Below, in pieces: positions 8,289 to 17,150 of a stretch of DNA of 29,656 nt; the stretch's first letter is position 1; each line of letters opens with the position of its first letter. A model generated the notes under the pieces. That model was not told the DNA's origin, ran no database searches, and saw nothing but the letters and a program-made list of their open reading frames with translations. Made by a program: the position numbers and the translations under genes. The DNA is from an uncultured bacterium. GTDB lineage: Bacteria > Hydrogenedentota > Hydrogenedentia > Hydrogenedentales > JAEUWI01. The stretch lies in NCBI GenBank assembly GCA_937895305.1, contig CALAXS010000130.1:1-29656 (forward strand), in the 5' to 3' direction.

Positions 8289-8307
8289 GTTTGCTCTTCC
8301 TGTGTCA

Positions 8308-8324
8308 TACTGCCCAGGGCAGTA
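8308..8324. promoter_or_regulatory. Perfect inverted repeat in a divergent intergenic region (candidate TF site)
   Basis: TACTGCCC-A-GGGCAGTA, 20 nt upstream of the 8288 start codon. Confidence 0.35.
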
Positions 8325-8465
8325 CCCCTTAACGTGAAGCTTTATTCACTTCCCTGCTTTGCAGCATAACAAAGACTGTGCTGTATTTACACCGCTATCG
8401 GCTTGTCGGGAATAGAGGCATACAGGTAGACTGTGATCTTCTATTGAAAACCCTGGAGTGCTTCC

Positions 8466-10691
8466 ATGCGAATAAATAAGCCACTTGCCTTGTTCATGGG
8501 TATATTGCTTGTGCCCTTCACTACATCCTGTGACGCTGTGGAAGCACCAACCCCGGAAAAGGAATCCCCTGCTGTGACGGATAGCCACCACGCCGATAAA
8601 GCGGTTTATATTAATGATCTTATTCATGAGACCAGTCCCTACCTCTTGCAGCATGCCCATAACCCGGTGGAATGGTATCCCTGGGGTGAGGAAGCACTGC
8701 AAAAAGCGAAGGACGAGGACAAGCCCATCTTTTTGTCCATTGGCTATTCCGCATGTCACTGGTGCCATGTCATGGCCCATGAGTCCTTTGAAGACCCGGA
8801 TATTGCTGCGGTCATGAATGAGCATTTTATCAATATCAAGGTGGACCGTGAAGAACGTCCGGACCTGGACGATATTTACATGTCCGCCGTAGTGGCCCTC
8901 AGTGGCAGCGGTGGCTGGCCCATGAGCGTGTGGCTCACACCCGACCTGAAGCCTTTTTATGGTGGCACGTACTATCCGCCTACGGACCGCTATGGTCGCC
9001 CGGGTTTCGTGACGGTACTCAACGCCATGGCAGATGCCTGGAAAAATAAACGGGACGAGGTGGAGACGGGTGCTACGGGTTTGGTGACCCATATTTCCAA
9101 ACAACTCACGGGCGCAGGTGCACCCCGGGGTCAGGTGAGCGAGACGATCTTTCCTGAAGCGGTGAAGGCGCTGAAGGCAACCTATGATGAGACGAATGGC
9201 GGGTGGGGCAATGCGCCCAAATTCCCGTCCAGCCCCTCTATCGCGGTACTCCTTCGCGACTATGCGCGTTCCGAGGATGAAGCAACGCTGGCAATGGCAA
9301 CCCATACGCTGGACCAGATGGCCGATGGTGGAATGTACGACCAACTGGGAGGCGGCTTTCATCGGTACTCGGTTGATGCCCAATGGCTGGTGCCTCACTT
9401 TGAGAAGATGCTCTATGACAATGGGCAATTGGCGCAGATTTATCTGGAAGCGTATCAACTCACTAAAAAACCGCGCTATGCAAAGATAGCCCGCGAGATC
9501 CTGGACTATGAATTGCGAGACATGCGCGATGAATTAGGCGCGTTCCACTCCACCGAAGACGCAGACAGCGAAGGCGAGGAGGGCAAATTTTATCTCTGGA
9601 CCCACAGCGAAATTATCGCATTGCTGGGCGAAGAAGACGGAGCAATTTTTAATGCGTATTACAATGTGAAGGAGGGCGGTAATTTCTCTTCTCATGAACC
9701 TTATCACACGGGACTGAATATTCTGCACCTGACCCGAACCCCTGCGGAAGTGGCCACTGAACTGGGCTTGAGCGTGGAGGAGTTGGAGGCGCAAATGGTC
9801 CCTATGCGAGCGAAACTTTTTGCAGTACGGGACAAGCGGGTACGTCCCGCCCTGGATGACAAGGTGTTGACCTCCTGGAACAGTCTGCTCATCACCGCGT
9901 TGGCACAGGGGAGTCGTATCCTGGATGAACCGCGTTATGCCAAGGCGGCAACGGAAGCGGGTACCTTTATTCTGGAACACATGATGGAGGACGGGGTCTT
10001 GTTACGGACCCATCGCCATGGCAAGAGTCATTTACCGGGGTACCTGGATGATTACAGTTACACTGTAAATGCATTTGTGGATCTCTATGAAGCCACCTTT
10101 GACACAAAATGGCTGGAAGCGGCGGACCGCCTGGCCGGGGATATGGTCTCCCATTTCTGGGACACCGAAGACAAGGCCTTTTTCTTTGCCAGTGATAAGC
10201 ATGAGAACCTCATCGTGCGTGCCAAGCCGAATCATGATGGGGCTGAACCTGCGGGGAATTCCATGGCGGCGCTAGGGCTGTTGCGTCTTGCGAAGTTGCT
10301 GGATAATGCCGACTATTACAACGTGGCGGACGAGGTCCTGCAATCGGGTGCGCCCTTTATGGAGCGTGGCCCCCAGGGCTACATGAAGCTCTTGTGTGCT
10401 GCCGACTTCATTGTTTATCCCCCAAAAGAAATCGCTATTGCCGGCAAGGCAGACCGTGATGATACACGGGCTATGGTTAGCGCGACCTTTGCCGACTTTG
10501 TACCCAACAAGGTGGTGGCCTTTGTGGACCCCGATAGCAAAGACGTTGAAGCACTGGGCAAGACCATGCCGTTGCTCGCATTCAAAACTATGGTCGACGG
10601 TAAAGCGACCGGGTACGTATGCAAGAACTTTGCCTGCGAAGCACCTGTGACGGAGGTGGCGAAGTTGAAGACGCTGTTGCAGGGCAATTAG
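8466..10691 (+). CDS. Thioredoxin-domain (DUF255) / alpha-alpha toroid protein, YyaL/SPATA20 family, with signal peptide
   Basis: [101 protein letters not shown]-terminal signal peptide ending TTSC. Confidence 0.95.
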   Translation: MRINKPLALFMGILLVPFTTSCDAVEAPTPEKESPAVTDSHHADKAVYINDLIHETSPYLLQHAHNPVEWYPWGEEALQKAKDEDKPIFLSIGYSACHWCHVMAHESFEDPDIAAVMNEHFINIKVDREERPDLDDIYMSAVVALSGSGGWPMSVWLTPDLKPFYGGTYYPPTDRYGRPGFVTVLNAMADAWKNKRDEVETGATGLVTHISKQLTGAGAPRGQVSETIFPEAVKALKATYDETNGGWGNAPKFPSSPSIAVLLRDYARSEDEATLAMATHTLDQMADGGMYDQLGGGFHRYSVDAQWLVPHFEKMLYDNGQLAQIYLEAYQLTKKPRYAKIAREILDYELRDMRDELGAFHSTEDADSEGEEGKFYLWTHSEIIALLGEEDGAIFNAYYNVKEGGNFSSHEPYHTGLNILHLTRTPAEVATELGLSVEELEAQMVPMRAKLFAVRDKRVRPALDDKVLTSWNSLLITALAQGSRILDEPRYAKAATEAGTFILEHMMEDGVLLRTHRHGKSHLPGYLDDYSYTVNAFVDLYEATFDTKWLEAADRLAGDMVSHFWDTEDKAFFFASDKHENLIVRAKPNHDGAEPAGNSMAALGLLRLAKLLDNADYYNVADEVLQSGAPFMERGPQGYMKLLCAADFIVYPPKEIAIAGKADRDDTRAMVSATFADFVPNKVVAFVDPDSKDVEALGKTMPLLAFKTMVDGKATGYVCKNFACEAPVTEVAKLKTLLQGN

Positions 10692-11038
10692 TAGCTGGTC
10701 CTCTTCATAGTTTTCAGCCCTCTGTCATTCCCAACTTGATTGGGAATCCCTCAAACGGTATCCCAGCCTCCAGTCGGAGTATGCATAGGATATTCGCAAT
10801 GGCTTCCGAGGCAGGAGCCTCGGTGTATGCATTCCCACGCAGAGCATGGGAACGAGGGAAAGGCAATTTGTAGCTGATCCTCTACATAGTTTTCAATCCC
10901 TTGTCATTCCCAACTTGATTGGGAATCCCTCAAACGGTATCCCAGCCTCCAGTCGGAGTATGCATAGGATATTCGCAATGGCTTCCGAGGCAGGAGCCTC
11001 GGTGTATGCATTCCCACGCAGAGCATGGGAACGAGGGC
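10691..11038 (+). repeat. Tandem duplication (2 x 179 bp) of a composite REP/BIME-like unit
   Basis: GTAGCTG starts at 10691 and 10870, and TGTCATTCCC at 10723 and 10902 (period 179). Each unit has three hairpins: ATTCCCAA-CTTGA-TTGGGAAT, CCGAGGC-AGGA-GCCTCGG and TTCCCACGC-AGA-GCATGGGAA. It lies between convergent genes. Confidence 0.95.
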
Positions 11039-11055
11039 ATTTATCTAGCTCCGGA

Positions 11056-12987
11056 CTAATTCGGATTCTTCATGTAGTAAAAGAACCCATCCTCAGCACC
11101 GACCAGCAAATCGGGAACACCGTTCTTGTCCCAATCCACGACTGTGGGACTGGTGGTATGGCCTGCAAGCAAACGACTATCCACCTCGCCCTGATCTTCG
11201 AAGACGTATTCGCCATCCTTCGTCGCAGTGTTCTTGTAGAAGTTTATGTTCCGACTGTTCATGAGCAGGTCCAGCTTGCCGTCCCGGTCCCAGTCGACAA
11301 GACAGATTTTCTTGCGCCCGCTCCCACCCGCAGTCCGTTCATTCAATCGCAAAGCTTCGCCCTTGCCATTCTTAAAGATGTGCTCACCGGGTTGTAGAAT
11401 GAGCGCCCCATCCTGTTTGGTGCGTTTAAAGAAACTGAGGTAACCCTCGTGGTCGAGCATGACCAAGTCATTGAGGCCATCCTTGTCTAAATCCGTTACG
11501 TAGGGCGTCGTGCGCCATTGCGGTGCCAACGTCCCCGCTTCGGGGGTCCACCAGGTCCATGCAGGTTTAGGCGTCGCGCCTTTCCAGGCCACACGTACCG
11601 ACTGCTCGCCTTCCAGCGCGTTCAATCCACCTTGGCCATTGTTGCGGAACCAGACCACCTTGCCCCAGATGGAATTAGCCACGATGTCCAGGTGCCCGTC
11701 GTGGTCCCAGTCGGCCACCGTTAATGTGGTATAGCCCCACTTGGTTTCGCAGGGCCCCTGAATAGAACCGTTGTACCCGGCCATGATACGCACAGGCTCG
11801 CCATAGGCACGAAGGTATTGTGGTGCGGCCCATTTCGGTGGATTGCCCCCATCGAGGTTTTCGATAAAGCCGATATACCCGGCTGTATTGCCAGCAATGA
11901 TGTCCTCGTCGCCATCACCGTCCCAGTCGATGCTGTGGGGTGTAACCAGCGCACCAAACTTCACATTCTCCGCCTGCTGCTTCAGGTAGACGGGTGGTTT
12001 AAATACAGGTACACCCTCTTCAATCTCGCCTGTGTGCTCCATGAAAGACACTGTGCCGTCTTCTTCACCCACGATAAGATCCACATCACCATCTTTGTCC
12101 CAGTCGATGGCCGTGGGTACGATCATGCAGAGGTCCATGGTGAGTCGTTTGTTTTTGTAGGTCATGATCTTGCCGGGGGAATAATCGGGCTTGGTGCGAG
12201 AACCCACATTCTCGAAATAAGTGAAGTCATCCACAAAACTGCCGCAGAGCAAATCGAGGTCGCCATCTCCATCGAAGTCCGCAAAGTTGGGCGAGGGCAT
12301 GCCGTAGGTGTCGATGCGAATCCCTGCACTTTCCAGACGAATGGGATCTTTGTATTCAGGCGTATCGGTCGTGCCTGTGTTTTCTATGAGATAGACGTAA
12401 CCATGGAGTGGACCGCGCAACCAGTCACCATTGCTGTCGTAGGCATTGTCCCAGCCGTACTGGAGCCAGTAGCCCACACCCACGACCAAGTCCAGGTCGC
12501 CATCGCCATCAAAATCAACCTGCTTCCACTGGTTCGCCCGGGTCGTCTTCCCGTCGCGGAGAAGGTTATCCTGCGGGTAAATTTTCTTCGCTTTGTGTTT
12601 CTGGCCCTTCACTACGTTTTCCCACTGCATCGCCGGGGACATGATAATAGGACCGTCATCCGTGTGGGAGATTTGCGCGTTATTGATAGAGCCACTCAGG
12701 CGTACTGCTGGTGCGAAGAGGGGCGATTTACCATCCCCGGTCGTATTCTCAAAGAAGTAGGTACCGTTATAGGGTTTGTCCGGGCATGACACGAGAAGGT
12801 CGTAGTCCCCATCACCATCATAGTCCATGGGCAGGGGCCAGGCCCAAAGGCCCACACCGAGATTTACCACGAGATCAGGATTGTTATAGGCCACAGGCTG
12901 GAGCTTATCCGCGCTGTAACAAAGCCCTGTAGATAAGAGTAGGAGTATGAGGATCTTCAGGGTGCTATTCACATTCTTTAAAATCAT
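11056..12987 (-). CDS. Exported FG-GAP/VCBS-repeat beta-propeller protein
   Basis: Signal peptide followed by repeated Ca-binding blades: DYDGDGDYDLL, DFDGDGDLDLVVG, DWDKDGDVDLIVG, DWDGDGDEDIIAG, DWDHDGHLDIV, DWDRDGKLDLL, DWDKNGVPDLLVG. Confidence 0.92.
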   Translation of the reverse strand: MILKNVNSTLKILILLLLSTGLCYSADKLQPVAYNNPDLVVNLGVGLWAWPLPMDYDGDGDYDLLVSCPDKPYNGTYFFENTTGDGKSPLFAPAVRLSGSINNAQISHTDDGPIIMSPAMQWENVVKGQKHKAKKIYPQDNLLRDGKTTRANQWKQVDFDGDGDLDLVVGVGYWLQYGWDNAYDSNGDWLRGPLHGYVYLIENTGTTDTPEYKDPIRLESAGIRIDTYGMPSPNFADFDGDGDLDLLCGSFVDDFTYFENVGSRTKPDYSPGKIMTYKNKRLTMDLCMIVPTAIDWDKDGDVDLIVGEEDGTVSFMEHTGEIEEGVPVFKPPVYLKQQAENVKFGALVTPHSIDWDGDGDEDIIAGNTAGYIGFIENLDGGNPPKWAAPQYLRAYGEPVRIMAGYNGSIQGPCETKWGYTTLTVADWDHDGHLDIVANSIWGKVVWFRNNGQGGLNALEGEQSVRVAWKGATPKPAWTWWTPEAGTLAPQWRTTPYVTDLDKDGLNDLVMLDHEGYLSFFKRTKQDGALILQPGEHIFKNGKGEALRLNERTAGGSGRKKICLVDWDRDGKLDLLMNSRNINFYKNTATKDGEYVFEDQGEVDSRLLAGHTTSPTVVDWDKNGVPDLLVGAEDGFFYYMKNPN

Positions 12988-13109
12988 GGTCGCTCTCCGG
13001 CAGTCTTGATGAGGAAAATGCTATGATAGCGGGAGAGCCATGGTTGTGTCTATCGGTCATACGCTTGTATAGTACGGGAAGGCATGGGACAGACAGGGAG
13101 TGAAGTGAA

Positions 13110-13712
13110 ATGCGTGTAGTAGTAAAGAGCCTCATCGTTTTAAGTCTGTGTGCACTTGTGGGTTGTGCGCCCCCTACGGCCAATTTTACCGTAGATACCA
13201 CCGCAGGTGATGCCCCGCTGGAAGTGCAATTTACCGACACCAGCATTGTTGTAGGGCCTCTGGGTCTGGTGAATCTTGAAGACTATACCCCCATCACGGG
13301 CTGGGTCTGGACCTTTGGTGATGGCGGTGGCAGTACCATAGCGGATCCTGTACACACCTACGACGATGGTGGCACCTTCACCGTATCCCTTACCGTGACA
13401 AATTCAGAAGGTTCACATACCAGTAGCCAGGTGGGTATCATTACGGTAACTGAGGTGGGTCCCACAGCCGATTTTTCGTATTCCAACACCACCGGAACAG
13501 CCCCGCTGACCGTCAACTTCACAAACACCTCCGTACTGGGGAGTAATCCTGTCAATGCAGCCTACGCCTGGGATTTTGAGGTAGGCGTAAGTACCGCTGA
13601 AAACCCTGCGTTCACCTTCACCAATCCAGGCACCTATACCGTATCCCTCACCGTGACCACACCCCTTGGCATCGACACCTTTGAGGTGGTTGATCTCGTC
13701 GTGGTCAGTTAA
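13110..13712 (+). CDS. Lipoprotein with two PKD domains
   Basis: Lipobox LVGC, then PTANFT..G.APLEVQFTDTS..WVWTFGDG..PVHTY..G.FTVSLTV and a second repeat PTADFS..APLTVNFTNTS..WDF..NPAFTFTNPGTYTVSLTV. Confidence 0.92.
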   Translation: MRVVVKSLIVLSLCALVGCAPPTANFTVDTTAGDAPLEVQFTDTSIVVGPLGLVNLEDYTPITGWVWTFGDGGGSTIADPVHTYDDGGTFTVSLTVTNSEGSHTSSQVGIITVTEVGPTADFSYSNTTGTAPLTVNFTNTSVLGSNPVNAAYAWDFEVGVSTAENPAFTFTNPGTYTVSLTVTTPLGIDTFEVVDLVVVS

Positions 13713-13724
13713 GCGGTCCAGGTT

Positions 13725-15503
13725 ATGCAGGGTGCCACACTTGGAGAAGCCTTAATCGGGATTGAAGGGGCGCTGGGGGAACTGCGTACCGCCCTCACCG
13801 AATTTCCCGAAGTGAAGACAACGGTCTTTACCGATTCCGATGCGTGGACCGAATTGTTAACCTATAAGCTGGTGCCTCATCTGGGTGGCGGTGGTTGTCT
13901 GGTGGTGGCCGTTACCGGGGGCACCAACACCGGTAAATCCACGGTCTTCAATATGCTCCTGGGACATAACACCAGCCCGGTACGCACAACCGCAGCGGCG
14001 ACCTGTCGCTCCTGCCTGGTCGCGAATCAACGACGTTATGAAGAAGCCCTGGCGGGAAAGCTGGTACCGGAATTTACGCCCGTAGCACTGGAACGCGCTG
14101 AATCGATTGTGCTTCGTGAATCTTCACCGGACACGCTCTATGTAGCGCTACAGGACGATCTCCCTGATGATCTGGTGTTGCTGGACACGCCAGACATCGA
14201 CTCCATCGACAAGGACAATTGGACCGTAGCGCAGCATATTCGTACTGCGGGTGATGTACTGGTAGCGGTGCTCACCGGGGAGAAGTACAAGGATGAGCGG
14301 GTGGTCGCTTTCTTTCGTGAGGCACATGCTTCGGGTCGGGTAGTGCTACCGCTCATGAACAAGGCCAACCCGGCCAATGATTTTGAAATTGCACGGGCAC
14401 AACTACGCGAGTTTCAGAAAGATGTGGGATTGACAGATACCGTGTCCTTCGTCGTCGCCCACGATTTTAATCTGGTAGAGGATTTCACCAGTCAGCCCAT
14501 CCAACAGCTGGATGACACAGGCACCCTCCACAGTTACATCGAATCCCTGGATGTTCCTGCCATAAAAGAACGGGTATTCCATGACACCGTGTCTCATTTC
14601 AACACTGCTGCACAACGCTTTCTAAACAATGTGGAAACACAAAGCCAACAGTATCAGGATGTGCTGGCAACCTTTGAAGCCTTGACCCGGACTTTCGCCA
14701 TGCAATACGACCCGGCACCCGGCGCTGATATTGGCGGACTTTTTCATACATTTGTACAGTCCAAGCGCGGTCCGCTGGACAAGGCCATGGGTACTGCGAG
14801 CCGCACGGTAGTGAAGGGCGTCTCCTTCCTGGGCAAGTCGGTAGGCAATCTGATATTCAAGCAATCCACTCTGGAAACGCCGGAAGAGGAACCATCGGAT
14901 GCCCTGCTCCATGCAGCCCATGCAAAACAGTTGGAGCGGTATACCCTGGAATTGAGTACGGCCCTCTATGAAAAAGCACTGCCTCTGGAGCCACCCTTTA
15001 ACGATCTGGTGACCGCACGATTAAATCAGCTGGACCCGCCGCAAACGGTCGCGACCGTAACGGATGCCACGTTACAGGCTAAAAATATATCGGATGAATT
15101 CCGTGCCCATGCCGATCGGATGCTGGAATCCTGGTGGCAGGATAATACAGGCAAACGCAGGATTATTGAGGGCCTGGATAAAATTTTGTTGCTTATGCCC
15201 GCAGCTATAGCAGCGCCCTTGTCCTTTTATACCGCTGGCGTGGGCACACCGGAAGCCATTATGGTGGCGGGGCCTATTGTGGAACAGTTTATCGCCCGGG
15301 TCGTGGAGTATCAGTTCGGGGACCAGATGTTTAATTTCCTGGCACCCTGGCGTAAGGAGCAGCAAGCCTGTTTTCATTCTGCGCTCATGAACCATGTGAC
15401 CGGCCCGGCCATGACCGAGTTGAAGCAACTGGTTGCCACCCTGGACGGTGACGCTATGACCCAACTGCGGAGGTGTATGGATCAATGCCAGACCGCATCG
15501 TAA
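13725..15503 (+). CDS. Dynamin-like (TRAFAC) GTPase, subunit 1 of a tandem pair
   Basis: G1 GGTNTGKS, G2 Thr (..AAATC), G3 DTPD, G4 NKAN. Long helical C-terminal stalk with a hydrophobic hairpin (ILLLMPAAIAAPLSFYTAG). Confidence 0.8.
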   Translation: MQGATLGEALIGIEGALGELRTALTEFPEVKTTVFTDSDAWTELLTYKLVPHLGGGGCLVVAVTGGTNTGKSTVFNMLLGHNTSPVRTTAAATCRSCLVANQRRYEEALAGKLVPEFTPVALERAESIVLRESSPDTLYVALQDDLPDDLVLLDTPDIDSIDKDNWTVAQHIRTAGDVLVAVLTGEKYKDERVVAFFREAHASGRVVLPLMNKANPANDFEIARAQLREFQKDVGLTDTVSFVVAHDFNLVEDFTSQPIQQLDDTGTLHSYIESLDVPAIKERVFHDTVSHFNTAAQRFLNNVETQSQQYQDVLATFEALTRTFAMQYDPAPGADIGGLFHTFVQSKRGPLDKAMGTASRTVVKGVSFLGKSVGNLIFKQSTLETPEEEPSDALLHAAHAKQLERYTLELSTALYEKALPLEPPFNDLVTARLNQLDPPQTVATVTDATLQAKNISDEFRAHADRMLESWWQDNTGKRRIIEGLDKILLLMPAAIAAPLSFYTAGVGTPEAIMVAGPIVEQFIARVVEYQFGDQMFNFLAPWRKEQQACFHSALMNHVTGPAMTELKQLVATLDGDAMTQLRRCMDQCQTAS

Positions 15504-17122
15504 AGCAACTAAACACGCTGGAAAAACTGGCGGCCTATACAGGCCCGTGGCAAGCCTTTCACCATGCTTCTAAAAACCTGGCACCGCGTCTTGAAGAATT
15601 ACAGCACCGTGCAGACACCGAAGACGATGTGCTGGTGATTGCGCTGGTAGGTGGTTCCGGGGTCGGGAAATCAACCCTGCTCAATGCACTGGCCGGAGAC
15701 ACCCTCGCACGGACTTCGGAGTATAGACCCTGCACTGAAAAGCCCACGGTGTATCACCCACCCGGGGTAACCCTGGATTTCATGGATTGGGATACCGTGT
15801 CTGGGTCCGCGCTGGAACATCTGGTCATTGTGGACACGCCTGATTCAGACACCATCGCCAAAACACATCGTGAACGGGTTGTCGAGGTCCTGGGGAAATG
15901 TGACCTCATCCTCCTGTGCGGTAGTGCGGAGAAGTATCTGGACGAGGCGACCTGGTCCATCTTGCGCCCCTTGCAGGGTGAGCGGTCCATGATCTGTATC
16001 GAGACCAAGTCCCAGGGCGAGAGCAGCCCTATTGAAGCCCACTGGGTGGGACGGCTGGAGGAAGAAAATTTTACGGTCAGCGCCTTTTTCCGGGTGAATG
16101 CACTCCGTAGCCTGGACCGGAAACTGGCAGCACGGGCATCGACACCGGAAGAACTGGACTTCCCTAAACTGGAATGCTTCCTGCGAGATGAATTGAGTGC
16201 TGAACGGATTCGACGCATTAAATGCTCCAACTTTAGCGGACTCATGAACAAGACTGTCCAGGCTTTAGAGACCTGCGTTACTGAATCTGAACCCAGACTC
16301 GCCGCACTGGCAGAACAACTGGACACGGTGGATAAGGCACTGACCCGGGAAATCCTCACCGTCATTGAACGGCGCCTTTTTACGGAATCGCACCTGTGGA
16401 CCTATGCATTGGGACGGGAAATGGGGCTGCGCGCCAAAGGCTTTGTAGGGATGCTTTACCGCATTCTGGAAAGTATCCGCACCCTGCCCGCACGGCTTTC
16501 CGGGTGGTTGCCCTGGCGCAGATCCGGCAGCGGTGCAGGCCGCCAGGCTGCGGCTCTATTAACGCACAACGAATTATTTCAGGATGACCTGGAACTGGCC
16601 AACGATGAAATGGCCTTGTTATACCAAACGCGACAGAGTGAAATCGGGCTGGCCTTTGCCCAGGCAGGATTTGACCGACCTGATTCTGCGGCGGGTCTGG
16701 ACGCTTTTCGCCAGTGCATCAACGAACGGGTCACCGCCGTGTTGCGTGGTCCCGCCCGCGATGTGGTGGTGCTGCGTGCACGACGGCTTACAAGTTGGCC
16801 CATGACCCTGCTGTCCGATGCGCTACCCTTGGCTTTCCTGGGCTATGCCAGCTACGATGTGGTGCAGGACTGGTTCCAGGGCATCGCCCTGCCAGTAGGC
16901 TATGTGTCCCATACCTGCCTGGTGCTGGCTTTACTCCTCGGGGTAGAACTGGCTGTGTTGATGGGTATCGCGCGTATTACCGCCTGGTCAGCGCGCGGCG
17001 CAGCCCTGCGCAAGCTCAAGACAGCCTTGTCAGGTACACTGCACCTGTTTAAGTATGAGCAGGACATCCTTCAGGCATCGCTCGAAATCAGGGATTCCGT
17101 TAAATCCCTGAAGACTCTGTAG
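15485..17122 (+). CDS. Dynamin-like GTPase, subunit 2 of a tandem pair
   Basis: G1 GGSGVGKS, G2 RPCT, G3 DTPD, non-canonical G4 (ETKS), and two C-terminal hydrophobic helices. The start overlaps the upstream gene's end and has GGAGG upstream. Confidence 0.8.
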   Translation: MPDRIVKQLNTLEKLAAYTGPWQAFHHASKNLAPRLEELQHRADTEDDVLVIALVGGSGVGKSTLLNALAGDTLARTSEYRPCTEKPTVYHPPGVTLDFMDWDTVSGSALEHLVIVDTPDSDTIAKTHRERVVEVLGKCDLILLCGSAEKYLDEATWSILRPLQGERSMICIETKSQGESSPIEAHWVGRLEEENFTVSAFFRVNALRSLDRKLAARASTPEELDFPKLECFLRDELSAERIRRIKCSNFSGLMNKTVQALETCVTESEPRLAALAEQLDTVDKALTREILTVIERRLFTESHLWTYALGREMGLRAKGFVGMLYRILESIRTLPARLSGWLPWRRSGSGAGRQAAALLTHNELFQDDLELANDEMALLYQTRQSEIGLAFAQAGFDRPDSAAGLDAFRQCINERVTAVLRGPARDVVVLRARRLTSWPMTLLSDALPLAFLGYASYDVVQDWFQGIALPVGYVSHTCLVLALLLGVELAVLMGIARITAWSARGAALRKLKTALSGTLHLFKYEQDILQASLEIRDSVKSLKTL

Positions 17123-17150
17123 CACACCCATACATAAACGGGTCTGTTCG

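Noticed and set aside
8346-9458. Long antisense ORFs (also 3455-4099, 11818-12789, 24985-25614, 27534-28274)
   Set aside because: Lie opposite well-supported genes, as expected from GC-rich codon bias. No motifs.
10691-11050. Possible CRISPR array
   Set aside because: Only two 179-bp units with an identical core, no unique spacers and no cas genes. It fits REP/BIME-type repeats.
10619-11397. ORFs 10619-10873 and 10846-11397 sharing the peptide VIPNLIGNP..RRAWERG
   Set aside because: Translations of the tandem DNA repeat, partly antisense to the FG-GAP gene. No RBS or coding support.
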